Assembly (NCBI GenBank): GCA_002434805.1
Contig: DJKW01000002.1
Span: 1 to 43,596 of the forward strand
DNA from: Patescibacteria group bacterium UBA6532
GTDB lineage: Bacteria; Patescibacteriota; Minisyncoccia; Minisyncoccales; UBA6532
Direction of reading: 5' to 3'
Length of the DNA stretch: 43,596 nt
Both the position numbers and the translations under genes were made by a program. Under the pieces are notes generated by a model, which was given only the letters and a program-made list of their open reading frames with translations, had not been told where the DNA came from and did not search any database. Positions 9,635-19,140 of the stretch are shown here, piece after piece (position 1 is the stretch's first letter; each line of letters starts with the position of its first letter).

Positions 9635-12600
9635 TTAAAGTTTTTTAATTCCCAGCCAAAGATTTTGCTGATCAATTTTTACCTCTTTTTCAATGTTAAA
9701 AGTTTGTTTTGGTCTTTTTCCTTCTTTAAGACTTTTAGCCCTTGTCTCTTTTAAAATAAACTCCTTATTTTTCAGCAAGACATTGTTCAAAGACGGGTCT
9801 GAAGAATATTGAACCAAAATCTTATGCCTTGGTTTTAAATCAGCCTTTTTTCTCATTTGTTGGATATAACGGATAAATTCTCTAATCTGGCCCTCTTCTT
9901 TTAATTCCTGGGTAATCTTAGCATCTAATTTAATTTCTTCTTTTATTTTAGCATTAAAAGCTATTTCTTTAACATTAAGTTCTTCTCTTATCAGGATTAA
10001 TAATTCTTTATCATATTGCAATTCTTTGCTTTTAACTTCTAATTTTCCTAGAGGCTGCCTTACCTTAATTCCCTCTTTCATCCTTGCTTTTAATCCCAAA
10101 CTTACAATTTGTCGAACCTGATCCATTTTTTTATTTAAATTTTTATTAATCAATCCTTTATTTACTTTTGGCCAGTCAGTCAAATGCAAGCTTCTTTTGC
10201 TGATAATTAAGTTCTTGTAAATAGCTTCTGTTGTAAAAGGGATAAAGGGAGCAGAAATTGTTATGAGTTTAAATAAAACATATCCTAAAGTCTTGCTGGC
10301 TATTTCAAAATCTTTTTTATTATTAGATTTTTGCAGTCGCTTTCTGGAACGACGGATATACCAATTTGAAAAATCTTCAATCGTAAAGTTCTCTATTGCC
10401 CGAGCCCCGGAAGTAATATTAAAATTATCCAAGCTCTCATTAACTTCCTCAATCAAGCCATGGAGCTTGGAAATAATCCAAGCATCGAGACTGGACAAAC
10501 CCTTAAGACTTTTTCCAAATGTTCTATAGTATTTTTCTTCTCTCTTTTTAGCAACATAAGTGTCGTAAAAAACGAATGAATTCCAGAGGGTCATAATAAA
10601 TTTTTTAAGAGCTTGATTGAAGTCTTTCTCTGAAAAAAATTTTACATCACCCGGCTGGTTAAGAGTATAGAAATTCCAGCGGATTGTATCAGCTCCGTAT
10701 TTATCAATAATCTGCCAGGGATCAACCACGTTTCCTTTTGATTTGGACATTTTTTCTCCTTTCTCGTCTAAAATATGCCCTAAAGATATTACGTTTTTAA
10801 AAGCTCTTCCTTTTTTAAGCAAGGTAGAAATAGCCAGCAGGGTAAAAAACCAACCTCTAGTTTGATCTATTGCTTCTGAAATATAATCTGCCGGAAACTG
10901 ATCTTTTTGCAGTTTTTTATTCTCAAAAGGATAATGATATTGAGAAAAAGGCATGGAACCTGAATCAAACCAGACATCAATTAAATCGGGAACTCTTTCC
11001 ATTAAATGTTGGCATTTTTGACATTGGAACTTTACTTCATCAATATATGGCCGGTGAAAATCTAATTCTGCCTCTTCATTATAAGGCCAGGACTTAAAAC
11101 TTACTTTTCTTTGTTCCCCTGTTTGAATCTTCTTATTGCTATCCCGAAACTTAATGATTTCTTTTTTATTAAGCCCTATTAAAATAGTTTCAAGTAAAGT
11201 AAGAGGAAGCTCGTGGCTGATAATAAGAATTCTCTTCCCAGAATATTTTTTATTAATATCTTTAAGAAAACCATGCACTCTTTTGAATACTTGAGTATAA
11301 TTCTCTCCTCCAGGAACATTTTTTCTAAACCTCATTAAATAATATTCCTCTCTTCCCAGTTTTTTCTCTGGATCAAAAAACTTACCAATGGAGATGATGG
11401 GCTTGCCGTTAAATATTCCTTCATTTACTTCTCTTATCCTTTTATCTGTCTTTATTTTAATGCCCAGAGCCTTTCCAATGATTTCGGCTGTTTGTTTAGT
11501 CCTTAAAAGATCAGAAGAGATAATATAATCTATCTTCCCTTTTAATTTTTCAGCAACTTTTTCAATTTGTTTCTCCCCTTTTTTTGTTAAAGGACTTTTG
11601 AATTTCTCTGGCCAGCAGGAAACAATCTTCTTTTTATTCTTAATAGATTCTCCGTGACGAAGAATAAAAAATTGATTAGTAGAAAACTTCTGGCCGGCCA
11701 GATCTTCTTTGCTTCCAATAACCTCTAAATTATGGCATTTTTTGCATCGCCAAACTGGCAATGGCGTGCCCCAGTACCTTTCTCGAGAAAAAGCCCAGTC
11801 TTTAAGATCGTTAAGCCATTCGCCAAATCTTCCTTTTTTTAAATGAGGCGGTATCCAATTAATTTTCTCGTTATTATTAATCAAATCTTTCTTAACTTTT
11901 TTCATCCTAATAAACCAGGACTGTTTGGCGTAATACAAAAGGGGAGTAAGGCACCTCCAACAAAAAGGATAATCGTGCTCATAGAGCTCTTTACCGAATA
12001 ATAAATTATCTTTTTCTAAATACTCAGCGATTAAACGATCTGCTTCTTTAACAAAAACACCGGCCCAAGGCTTAATTTCCGGCTTAAATCGCCCTCTCTC
12101 GTCTATCGTCATTAAAAGAGGTAAATTATTTTTTTTAGCTACTTCCATGTCGTCTTCTCCAAAGGCCGGAGCTATATGAACAATGCCTGTTCCCTCGTCA
12201 GTTGAAACAAAATCTCCGGCAACAACCCTAAAAGACGGTTTATCTGGTTTAGCAAACTTAATTAATTGTTCGTATTCTAAACCTATTAAGTCTTTACCCT
12301 TAATTTTCTTTGTAACATCAACGCTTTTTATATTAAAAAGTTTTTTAATGTACTCTAAGCGATCTTCAACTAAAATATATGTTTCCTTAGAGCCCAGCTT
12401 TACCTCAATATAGTTAAGATTTGGGTTAACTGCCAAAGCAACGTTAGCTGGAAGAGTCCAGGGAGTAGTTGTCCAGACTAAAAAATATTTTGCTTTGGCT
12501 TTCTTAATTTTGAATTTCAGGTAAACTGAAGTTTCTTTAATTTTTTTGTACCCCTGGGCAACTTCATGGGAAGAAAGAGATGTTTCACATCTCGGGCAAT

Positions 12601-13123
12601 AAGGAACGACCTTGTAGTCTTGGTATAAAAGCCCTTTTTGCCAAATTTGCTTAATAATCCACCAGACACTTTCAATGTAATCTGATTCGTAAGTAATATA
12701 AGGATTTCCCATATCCAACCAATGGCCGACCCTTTCCGTCAACTTTTCCCAATCTCCCTTGTAGCGCCAGACCGATGTTTTGCATTTTTTATTAAAAGAA
12801 GCTATTCCGTATTTCTCAATGTCTTTTTTATTTTTAAAACCCAGCTTTTTCTCAACTTCCAGTTCAACCGGCAAACCATGGGTATCCCACCCGGCTTTCC
12901 TTAAAACCTTAAATCCCTGCATTGTCTTGTAACGGCAGATTATATCTTTAAAAACCCGAGCTAAAACATGGTGAATACCGGGCTTAGCGTTGGCTGTTGG
13001 CGGCCCCTCGTAAAAAACAAAACTCGGCGCTTTTTTGCGCTCTAGAATGCTTTTTTCAAAAGTCTTGTTCTCTCGCCAATATTTTAATATCTTTTTTTCT
13101 AATTTAGGAAGATTAAGGTCCAT
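9635..13123 (-). CDS. ileS: Isoleucine--tRNA ligase (type 2) with inserted histidine phosphatase domain
   Basis: EGPPTAN..GIHH, GWDTHGLP, WTTTPWTLP, GTGIVH.AP, SRERYWGTP, DQTRGWF, KMSKS. Insertion of about 200 aa with an RHGES motif. Confidence 0.97.
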   Translation of the reverse strand: MDLNLPKLEKKILKYWRENKTFEKSILERKKAPSFVFYEGPPTANAKPGIHHVLARVFKDIICRYKTMQGFKVLRKAGWDTHGLPVELEVEKKLGFKNKKDIEKYGIASFNKKCKTSVWRYKGDWEKLTERVGHWLDMGNPYITYESDYIESVWWIIKQIWQKGLLYQDYKVVPYCPRCETSLSSHEVAQGYKKIKETSVYLKFKIKKAKAKYFLVWTTTPWTLPANVALAVNPNLNYIEVKLGSKETYILVEDRLEYIKKLFNIKSVDVTKKIKGKDLIGLEYEQLIKFAKPDKPSFRVVAGDFVSTDEGTGIVHIAPAFGEDDMEVAKKNNLPLLMTIDERGRFKPEIKPWAGVFVKEADRLIAEYLEKDNLLFGKELYEHDYPFCWRCLTPLLYYAKQSWFIRMKKVKKDLINNNEKINWIPPHLKKGRFGEWLNDLKDWAFSRERYWGTPLPVWRCKKCHNLEVIGSKEDLAGQKFSTNQFFILRHGESIKNKKKIVSCWPEKFKSPLTKKGEKQIEKVAEKLKGKIDYIISSDLLRTKQTAEIIGKALGIKIKTDKRIREVNEGIFNGKPIISIGKFFDPEKKLGREEYYLMRFRKNVPGGENYTQVFKRVHGFLKDINKKYSGKRILIISHELPLTLLETILIGLNKKEIIKFRDSNKKIQTGEQRKVSFKSWPYNEEAELDFHRPYIDEVKFQCQKCQHLMERVPDLIDVWFDSGSMPFSQYHYPFENKKLQKDQFPADYISEAIDQTRGWFFTLLAISTLLKKGRAFKNVISLGHILDEKGEKMSKSKGNVVDPWQIIDKYGADTIRWNFYTLNQPGDVKFFSEKDFNQALKKFIMTLWNSFVFYDTYVAKKREEKYYRTFGKSLKGLSSLDAWIISKLHGLIEEVNESLDNFNITSGARAIENFTIEDFSNWYIRRSRKRLQKSNNKKDFEIASKTLGYVLFKLITISAPFIPFTTEAIYKNLIISKRSLHLTDWPKVNKGLINKNLNKKMDQVRQIVSLGLKARMKEGIKVRQPLGKLEVKSKELQYDKELLILIREELNVKEIAFNAKIKEEIKLDAKITQELKEEGQIREFIRYIQQMRKKADLKPRHKILVQYSSDPSLNNVLLKNKEFILKETRAKSLKEGKRPKQTFNIEKEVKIDQQNLWLGIKKL

Positions 13124-13154
13124 TTTTTAAGAATATTATTTTAACTGATTTTTA

Positions 13155-14741
13155 TTACATTCTTTCTGGGGCGGAAATTCCCATTAAACTTAAAGTGTTC
13201 TTCAATACGGTTTTACTGGCTAAAACTAAAGACAAACGAGCTTGAGTTAATGCTTTATCTTCTGAAATTACTTTACAATCTCGATAAAACTGGTGGAGAA
13301 GAGTGGATAAATCAATAGCATACTTAGGAATTCGCTGAACCTGATAATCTTTTGCTGTATCTTCAATAACCTCTGGAAATTTAATAAGCTCTTTAATTAA
13401 TGAAAGTTCTAAAGAATGGTTTAATAATTCATAATCTGCTTTAAAATTCTTGCTTTTTGCTTTTCTTAATATGCTGCAAATTCTAGCATGGGCGTACTGA
13501 ATATAATAAACAGGATTATTTTCTGACTGCTCTTTGGCTAAAGAAAGGTCAAAATTCAAATGAGTGTCAGCTGATTTTTGCAATAAAAGAAATCTAATCA
13601 CGTCAGGACCCACCTTATCTAACAGCTCGTCCATGGTGACAAAAACGCCCTTTCTTTTTGACATTCTCTTCTTTTCTCCTTTTTCAAGAACAGTAACAAA
13701 TTGCAAAAGAATGATATCAAGCTTTCCTTCATGGCCTAAAGCTTTAACAGCCGCTTGAAGCCCGAGAACGTCTCCATAGTGGTCAGCTCCCCAAATATTT
13801 ATTACTTTGTCAAATTTTTTCTTTTCAAATTTATATATATGAAAAGCGATATCTCCTGCCAAATAAGTTTTCCAGCCATCAGATTTAATTATTACTCTAT
13901 CTCTCTCGTCCCCGAATTTTGAAGATTTAAAAAACTTAGCTCCTTCTTTTTCGTAAATGAGGCCCTTTTTCTCCAAAAGCTTTAAAACCCTGTCAACAGC
14001 TTTTGATTTATATAAATCACTTTCTTTTACCCACTGGTCGTACTTAATACCCAGTCTTTTTGAGGTCTTTTTGATCATCTCTTCAATAATGATCTTAGCT
14101 GCCTTTTCTCCTGCTTTATAAGGATCCTTTTCTTTTACTTTCTTTTGAAGATAATTAATATAATCCCCTTTATACTTTGCCTGGCTGTCTTTTAAGACAG
14201 AATGGCCCAATGTTAAAATCTGCATTCCGTAATTATTAACGTAATAGGCCTTTTCTGTTTTAAAACCGGCCTTCTTTAAAACATTCCCCAGAACATCTCC
14301 CAAAGGGCCTCCTCTGGCATTACCAACAGTCAAAGGGCCTGTTGGATTAGCTGAAATAAACTCTACTTGAACTTTTTTATCCTTTCCGATATCAAGCTGT
14401 CCAAAATTATCTTTTTCTTTTAATATTCTCTCAACCTGATTTTGCAAATATTCTTTGGAAAAAAAGAAATTAATGAAACCTGGCTTGGCAATTTTAATCT
14501 TTGTAAATAATTTTGGGCCTTGAGCTTCAAGCTTTTTGCTTAATAATTCAGCTATTTCCATTGGGCTTTTCTTTGCCAGTTTAGCGATTTTTAAAGCAAC
14601 ATTAGTGGAATAATCTCCATAGAGTTCGTTTTCTGGATGCTCTATTAGAATTTCCGGAACTTTAAAAGCAGGGAAAACTCCTTCTTTTTGAAGGTTTTTT
14701 ATCGCTTTTCCTGTCAGCTTGACTATTTCTTCTCTTATCAT
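13155..14741 (-). CDS. argS: Arginine--tRNA ligase
   Basis: GDYSTN.A, PGFINF, VEFISANPTGP, GADH, MSKRKG, YYIQYAHAR, ends APERM. Confidence 0.97.
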   Translation of the reverse strand: MIREEIVKLTGKAIKNLQKEGVFPAFKVPEILIEHPENELYGDYSTNVALKIAKLAKKSPMEIAELLSKKLEAQGPKLFTKIKIAKPGFINFFFSKEYLQNQVERILKEKDNFGQLDIGKDKKVQVEFISANPTGPLTVGNARGGPLGDVLGNVLKKAGFKTEKAYYVNNYGMQILTLGHSVLKDSQAKYKGDYINYLQKKVKEKDPYKAGEKAAKIIIEEMIKKTSKRLGIKYDQWVKESDLYKSKAVDRVLKLLEKKGLIYEKEGAKFFKSSKFGDERDRVIIKSDGWKTYLAGDIAFHIYKFEKKKFDKVINIWGADHYGDVLGLQAAVKALGHEGKLDIILLQFVTVLEKGEKKRMSKRKGVFVTMDELLDKVGPDVIRFLLLQKSADTHLNFDLSLAKEQSENNPVYYIQYAHARICSILRKAKSKNFKADYELLNHSLELSLIKELIKFPEVIEDTAKDYQVQRIPKYAIDLSTLLHQFYRDCKVISEDKALTQARLSLVLASKTVLKNTLSLMGISAPERM

Positions 14742-14778
14742 ACTTTTAGTTTATCCCATTATCTATTAAAATAAAAGT
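14742..14778. promoter_or_regulatory. Divergent back-to-back -10 elements for probably leaderless argS and smpB
   Basis: TAAACT (minus, 14748-14753) and TAAAAT (plus, 14767-14772), each 6 nt from its ATG. Confidence 0.6.
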
Positions 14779-15228
14779 ATGAAGCCGTTAGCTGAAAATA
14801 AAAAAGCGTATTTTAATTATGAAATCCTGGAGAAACTCGAGGCGGGTTTAGTTTTGATCGGCCAAGAAGTAAAATCAATAAAATTAGGAAGAATAAATTT
14901 GGCCGGCTCTTATGTCGTCTTAAAAGGCAATGAGTTTTTTCTCGTAGGATCTAATGTCCCCCCTTATCAGCCCAAAAACGCTCTCCCAGACTATGAACCC
15001 CAGCGACCGAGAAAGCTTCTTTTAAAGAAAGCTGAAATTAAATATTTAATCGGGAAATCAAGCCAAAAAAGCTTGACTTTGGTGCCCTTAAAGGTATATA
15101 CTAAAAGAGGAAAAATTAAGATAGAGTTCGCTATTGTTAGAGGAAAAAGAAAATCCGATAAAAGAGAACGAATTAAAAAGCGAGAATCAGACAGAGAAAT
15201 AAGAAGGGCAATGAAAGAAAAGTTTTAA
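14779..15228 (+). CDS. smpB: SsrA-binding protein
   Basis: NKKAYFNY, EAGLVL.G.EVKS, RKLLL, GKRKSDKRE. Confidence 0.97.
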   Translation: MKPLAENKKAYFNYEILEKLEAGLVLIGQEVKSIKLGRINLAGSYVVLKGNEFFLVGSNVPPYQPKNALPDYEPQRPRKLLLKKAEIKYLIGKSSQKSLTLVPLKVYTKRGKIKIEFAIVRGKRKSDKRERIKKRESDREIRRAMKEKF

Positions 15229-15229
15229 T

Positions 15230-15626
15230 GGGGGTGCAATGTATCGACAGAAATATTTACCAAAATATGCAAGCTGAGCTCGCTAGAAGCTCATAAAACT
15301 CCTAGCAAACAAAATACACGCCAATGTATTTTCCAGGGCTAAATCTATTCTAACTGCTGCCTTTGGTGTCAGTATGGATAGCTTAGTGCCCGCTTACGCA
15401 ACAGTGTAAGCCATCCTCTTTGCTAACTCTCGATAGGCAAAGCCGGGTGTTATACATCGAGATAGGAAACTTGTTTCAGTCTTGACAGGTTTCTCGAAAA
15501 TTCAAAGACAAGAGATACTAGAATTTTATCTGTTTTTAATCTAATATCTTTAAAACTAAAACAGAGTAAGCTTGTAGAAGTATCTTGGCAGAATTTTTGG
15601 ACAGGGGTTCGACCCCCTCGCCTCCA
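15230..15626 (+). ncRNA. ssrA: tmRNA
   Basis: 5' GGGGGTG pairs with 3' CGCCTCC-A including G3:U; TCGAC near the 5' end; T-arm GGGGTTCGACCCCC; directly after smpB; tag ORF 15320-15409. Confidence 0.95.
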
Positions 15627-15638
15627 CATTAATAAGCT

Positions 15639-16148
15639 TTGAACAGAAAACCATTAGTCAACAACCAAATAAGGGCTAGAGAGGTAAGATTAATTGATGA
15701 AACCGGAAAACAGCTGGGTGTTATTGAATTGGAAAAAGCGCTCAAGGAAGCCCAAGAGCGTAATTTGGATTTAATCCAGGTTACAGATAAAGTTCAACCA
15801 CCTATCTGTAAAATGATGGATTACGGCAAGTATCTTTATCGGGAAGAAAAGAAACGAAAAAAGTCTCAAAAGCAAACAGGCGGGGATCTTAAAACAATTA
15901 GATTGGGATTTAATATTTCAGACCACGATTTGGAAATGAGAGTAAACCAAGCAGAAAAATTCTTGAAACAAGGAAATAAAGTAAGAATAGAGTTAAAGTT
16001 AAGGGGTCGAGAGAAAGCTCTTCAGGGTTTTGCCAGAGAGAAAATAAGTAAATTCCTGAATATCTTGGAAAATAAAATCTCCCATAAGACAGAAAAAAAT
16101 CTTAAAAAAGAAATGAGAGGATTAACAATGATAATATCCAAACAATAG
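15639..16148 (+). CDS. infC: Translation initiation factor IF-3 (TTG start)
   Basis: N.QIRAREVRLID, PPICKMMDYGKY.Y, I..HD, LRGRE. An in-frame TAA at 15633 limits the start to this non-AUG codon. Confidence 0.96.
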   Translation: MNRKPLVNNQIRAREVRLIDETGKQLGVIELEKALKEAQERNLDLIQVTDKVQPPICKMMDYGKYLYREEKKRKKSQKQTGGDLKTIRLGFNISDHDLEMRVNQAEKFLKQGNKVRIELKLRGREKALQGFAREKISKFLNILENKISHKTEKNLKKEMRGLTMIISKQ

Positions 16149-16150
16149 TT

Positions 16151-16333
16151 ATGAAAACGAGAAAATCTATTACTAAACGTTTTAAAATTACAAAAACCGG
16201 CAAAATTCTTAGAAGATTAACCGGCCAAGACCATTCTCTGGCAAAAAAGCCCGGAAAAAGAATAAGAGCTGGCCGTAAATGGGTTAGAGTCTCAAAACCG
16301 GAAGCTAAAAAAATTAAAAAACTACTAAGATAA
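16151..16333 (+). CDS. rpmI: 50S ribosomal protein L35
   Basis: MKTRKS..KRFKITKTGK; lies between infC and rplT. Confidence 0.96.
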   Translation: MKTRKSITKRFKITKTGKILRRLTGQDHSLAKKPGKRIRAGRKWVRVSKPEAKKIKKLLR

Positions 16334-16335
16334 TT

Positions 16336-16683
16336 ATGGCCAGAGTTAAACGAGGAAAAGCAGCCAGAAAACATAGAAAACGCCTAATAAAACAGGCTAA
16401 GGGTTTTCGATGGGGAAGAAAATCAAAATATCGGGCAGCCAAAGAAGCATTACTGCATGCCAGGTCTTATACTCAACGCGATAGAAGAACAAAAAAAAGA
16501 GAAAGGCGATCTCTTTGGCAGGTTCAAATTAACGCTGCCTGCAGAGAACACGGCCTTTCTTATAGTAAATTCATCGGCAGTTTAAAGAAAAACAAAATTG
16601 AACTGGATCGTAAAACACTGGTGGATTTAGTCCAAAATCATTCTGAAATTTTCAAGAAATTAATTGAAAAGGTAAAGAAATAA
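16336..16683 (+). CDS. rplT: 50S ribosomal protein L20
   Basis: MARVKRG, AKGF.WGR, LW...INAA, YSKFI, LDRK.L. Confidence 0.97.
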   Translation: MARVKRGKAARKHRKRLIKQAKGFRWGRKSKYRAAKEALLHARSYTQRDRRTKKRERRSLWQVQINAACREHGLSYSKFIGSLKKNKIELDRKTLVDLVQNHSEIFKKLIEKVKK

Positions 16684-16948
16684 TTCTCCCTTTTTTAATT
16701 AAAAAGCCTTCTTTCCTTAATAAAGAGGCTTTTTTCTTTTGGCCAAGATTATATCCTCCTATTTTACCATTGGATCTTACCACTCTGTGGCATGGAATAT
16801 TTAGATCCTTGTTTTTATTCAAAATATTTCCAACTGCCCTAAAAGCCCTTTTGCTACCAGATTTCTTAGCTACCTGAGTATAAGTCATTACTTTGCCTTG
16901 AGGAATCTTTTTCACTGTTTCATAAACCCTTTTTTGAAATAAAGTCAT
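16652..16948 (-). CDS. O6-alkylguanine-DNA alkyltransferase, single C-terminal domain
   Basis: FQKRVY...IP.GKV.TY, RAVG, PCHRV active site, KK.LL..EG. Start revised to MTLFQ. Confidence 0.88.
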   Translation of the reverse strand: MTLFQKRVYETVKKIPQGKVMTYTQVAKKSGSKRAFRAVGNILNKNKDLNIPCHRVVRSNGKIGGYNLGQKKKASLLRKEGFLIKKGRIISLPFQLIS

Positions 16949-17360
16949 TGGCTTTTTTGAGAATATCTTTAGCATTTTTATAAGTTAATTCTTTCAGGGC
17001 TTTCTTATAGGTAAGCCATTTTGAACCGATATGTTCTGAAGAAATTATTACCTTTTTATCTTTTGTTTTAACTAAATAAAAAACTACGGTTTTAAAAATA
17101 GTTTTATTTTTAACCCTAAAAAAATACTTTATGTTTTCTTTAAATTCGGGAATAAACTCTATATTCTCTATTCCCGTCTCTTCTTTGATTTCCCTTCTCG
17201 CTGTTTCTTCTGGTTTCTCTCCCTTTTCAATATGGCCCTTGGGCAAATCCCAGTAAGTTTTGGGTCTTTTAGCTCCAGATTGATAATGTAAAAGTAAAAA
17301 GAAAGCATTGTTCTTCTCTTTTCTGAAAATAATTGCTCCGGCTGATTTTTCAATTGACAT
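16920..17360 (-). CDS. Nudix hydrolase (Ap4A hydrolase-like)
   Basis: Nudix box PKGHIEKGE...ETARREIKEETG; SAGAI; SSEH. Confidence 0.9.
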   Translation of the reverse strand: MSIEKSAGAIIFRKEKNNAFFLLLHYQSGAKRPKTYWDLPKGHIEKGEKPEETARREIKEETGIENIEFIPEFKENIKYFFRVKNKTIFKTVVFYLVKTKDKKVIISSEHIGSKWLTYKKALKELTYKNAKDILKKANDFISKKGL

Positions 17361-17362
17361 GT

Positions 17363-19075
17363 TTATTTAAAGAAACTTAATAGATTTTTTAAGGGCCAGC
17401 AATTGATGATATCTCTCTTTTCTGCCCAACCGCGTCTAGCCTGGGCAATGCCAAATTCCATAAAAGGAAAGTGGTCTTTGTGATGGGAATCTGTGTTGAT
17501 TATCATCTTCACTCCTGCTTCTTTTGCTAAGCGTATATTCTTATCGTTCAAGTCTAATCTGTTAGGAAAAGAATTGATCTCTAAAATAGTCCCGGTTTCT
17601 TTGGCTGCTCTTAAGATTTTATCGAAATCAAATTGATATTCTTCCCGGCGCTTTAATATTCTTCCCGTAGGATGGGAAATAATGTCTACGTGGGGATTTT
17701 TCATTGCTTTAATTATTCTTTCTGTCATCTTTTCTTTTTCCATTTTCATAGTGGAATGGACTCCGGCAATAACAAAATCCAATTTAGCCAAGGATTCGTC
17801 TTTTATGTCTATTGAGCCGTCGTTTAAGATATTAGTTTCCGCTCCCTTGAGTATCTTGAAGTTTTTAATCTTCTTATTGAGCTTGTCAATGGTCTTGTTT
17901 CTTTGAGCCAACTGCTTTTCATTAAGCCCATGCTCTATCTTTAAAAATTTAGTGTGGTCTGCAATGCCAATATATTCATAGCCCATCTTCTGGGCAGCTT
18001 CAGCCAGTTCTTCAATGGAGTTTAAGCCGCCATTCCAATCAGAATGAGTGTGAAGGTCTCCTTTAATGTCGTTGTAGCCGATTAACTTCGGCAGCCTGCC
18101 TTTTAAGGCCAGCCCAATCTCTCCTTGATTCTCTCTTATTTCAGGAGGAACCCAGTCCATGCCTAATTTCTTATAAACTTCCTTTTCTGTCTTGCTGGCT
18201 ATCATTTTAGAACCCCTGAAAAGACCGTATTCTGACAGTTTCAAGCCCTTAGCCATGGCAATCTTTCTCGTAATAATATTATGTTCTAGAGAGCCGGTAA
18301 AATATTGGAGGGCTGATCCATAGGATCTTTTTGGCACTACCCTAATATCCATGTCAAAGCCCTCTTTTATTCTTACTGAAGACTTTGTTGTTCCTTTTCC
18401 CCAAATTTTTATTACTCCGGGCAAATGAACAAAAAAATCCATAACTTTCTGTGGATTCTTGGAAATTACCAAGAAATCGGCATCGCCAATAGTTTCTTTC
18501 ATTCTCCTTATTGATCCGGCCAAAGAAACCGTTTCCACTCCTTTTAGCTTTTTTAACTTTTTTTGAACTTCGTTAACAGTGGGTAAAATTTCTCCCAATA
18601 AAAACCTTCCTTTTGATCTTTTTAAAAACTTAATTCCCTCTAAGATATTCTTTTCTGTCTTTTCTCCAAAACCAAACAAAGGAGCTATTTTATGGGCTTT
18701 AGCTGCTTTTTCTAAATCCTTTAAATTCCGAATTCCGAGCTTTTGATATAAGAACTTGGCTTTCCTTAATCCCATTCCCTCAATTCTAGTAATTTCCTCA
18801 AAATTAATGGGTAATTTCTTTTTTAACTGCTCGTAATATTTAACCTTTCCTGTATTTAAATATTCCTCAATTATCTCGGCAATGCTTTTTCCTATTCCCG
18901 GAATACCTTCTAATGCTTCTCTTCTTCCTTGTTTGTAAATTTCTCTAACATCTTTTTTTAAAGTTTCCAAAGCAAGAGCTGCCCTTCGATAAGCCTTGGG
19001 CCTGAAAGACACTTCTTCTATGTCTAAATAGTCGGCAATTTTGTAAAGTATCTTAGCTATCTCTTGATTTTTCAT
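17363..19075 (-). CDS. polX: DNA polymerase X with C-terminal PHP domain
   Basis: HhH GIGK, AGSIRR, GD.D and DIR catalytic aspartates, YFTGS, DLHTHS PHP motif, NTDSH. Confidence 0.95.
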   Translation of the reverse strand: MKNQEIAKILYKIADYLDIEEVSFRPKAYRRAALALETLKKDVREIYKQGRREALEGIPGIGKSIAEIIEEYLNTGKVKYYEQLKKKLPINFEEITRIEGMGLRKAKFLYQKLGIRNLKDLEKAAKAHKIAPLFGFGEKTEKNILEGIKFLKRSKGRFLLGEILPTVNEVQKKLKKLKGVETVSLAGSIRRMKETIGDADFLVISKNPQKVMDFFVHLPGVIKIWGKGTTKSSVRIKEGFDMDIRVVPKRSYGSALQYFTGSLEHNIITRKIAMAKGLKLSEYGLFRGSKMIASKTEKEVYKKLGMDWVPPEIRENQGEIGLALKGRLPKLIGYNDIKGDLHTHSDWNGGLNSIEELAEAAQKMGYEYIGIADHTKFLKIEHGLNEKQLAQRNKTIDKLNKKIKNFKILKGAETNILNDGSIDIKDESLAKLDFVIAGVHSTMKMEKEKMTERIIKAMKNPHVDIISHPTGRILKRREEYQFDFDKILRAAKETGTILEINSFPNRLDLNDKNIRLAKEAGVKMIINTDSHHKDHFPFMEFGIAQARRGWAEKRDIINCWPLKNLLSFFK

Positions 19076-19140
19076 TTCTATCGGGCTCTATTTTATTTAA
19101 ATAAACTTAATTCTTGTAATATTTAATATATAAGTTATAA

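Noticed and set aside
11090-11690. IleRS insertion as an intein
   Set aside because: No C/S...HN splice-junction or LAGLIDADG motifs; it has histidine-phosphatase motifs instead. NrdJ and RtcB also show no intein-sized insertions.
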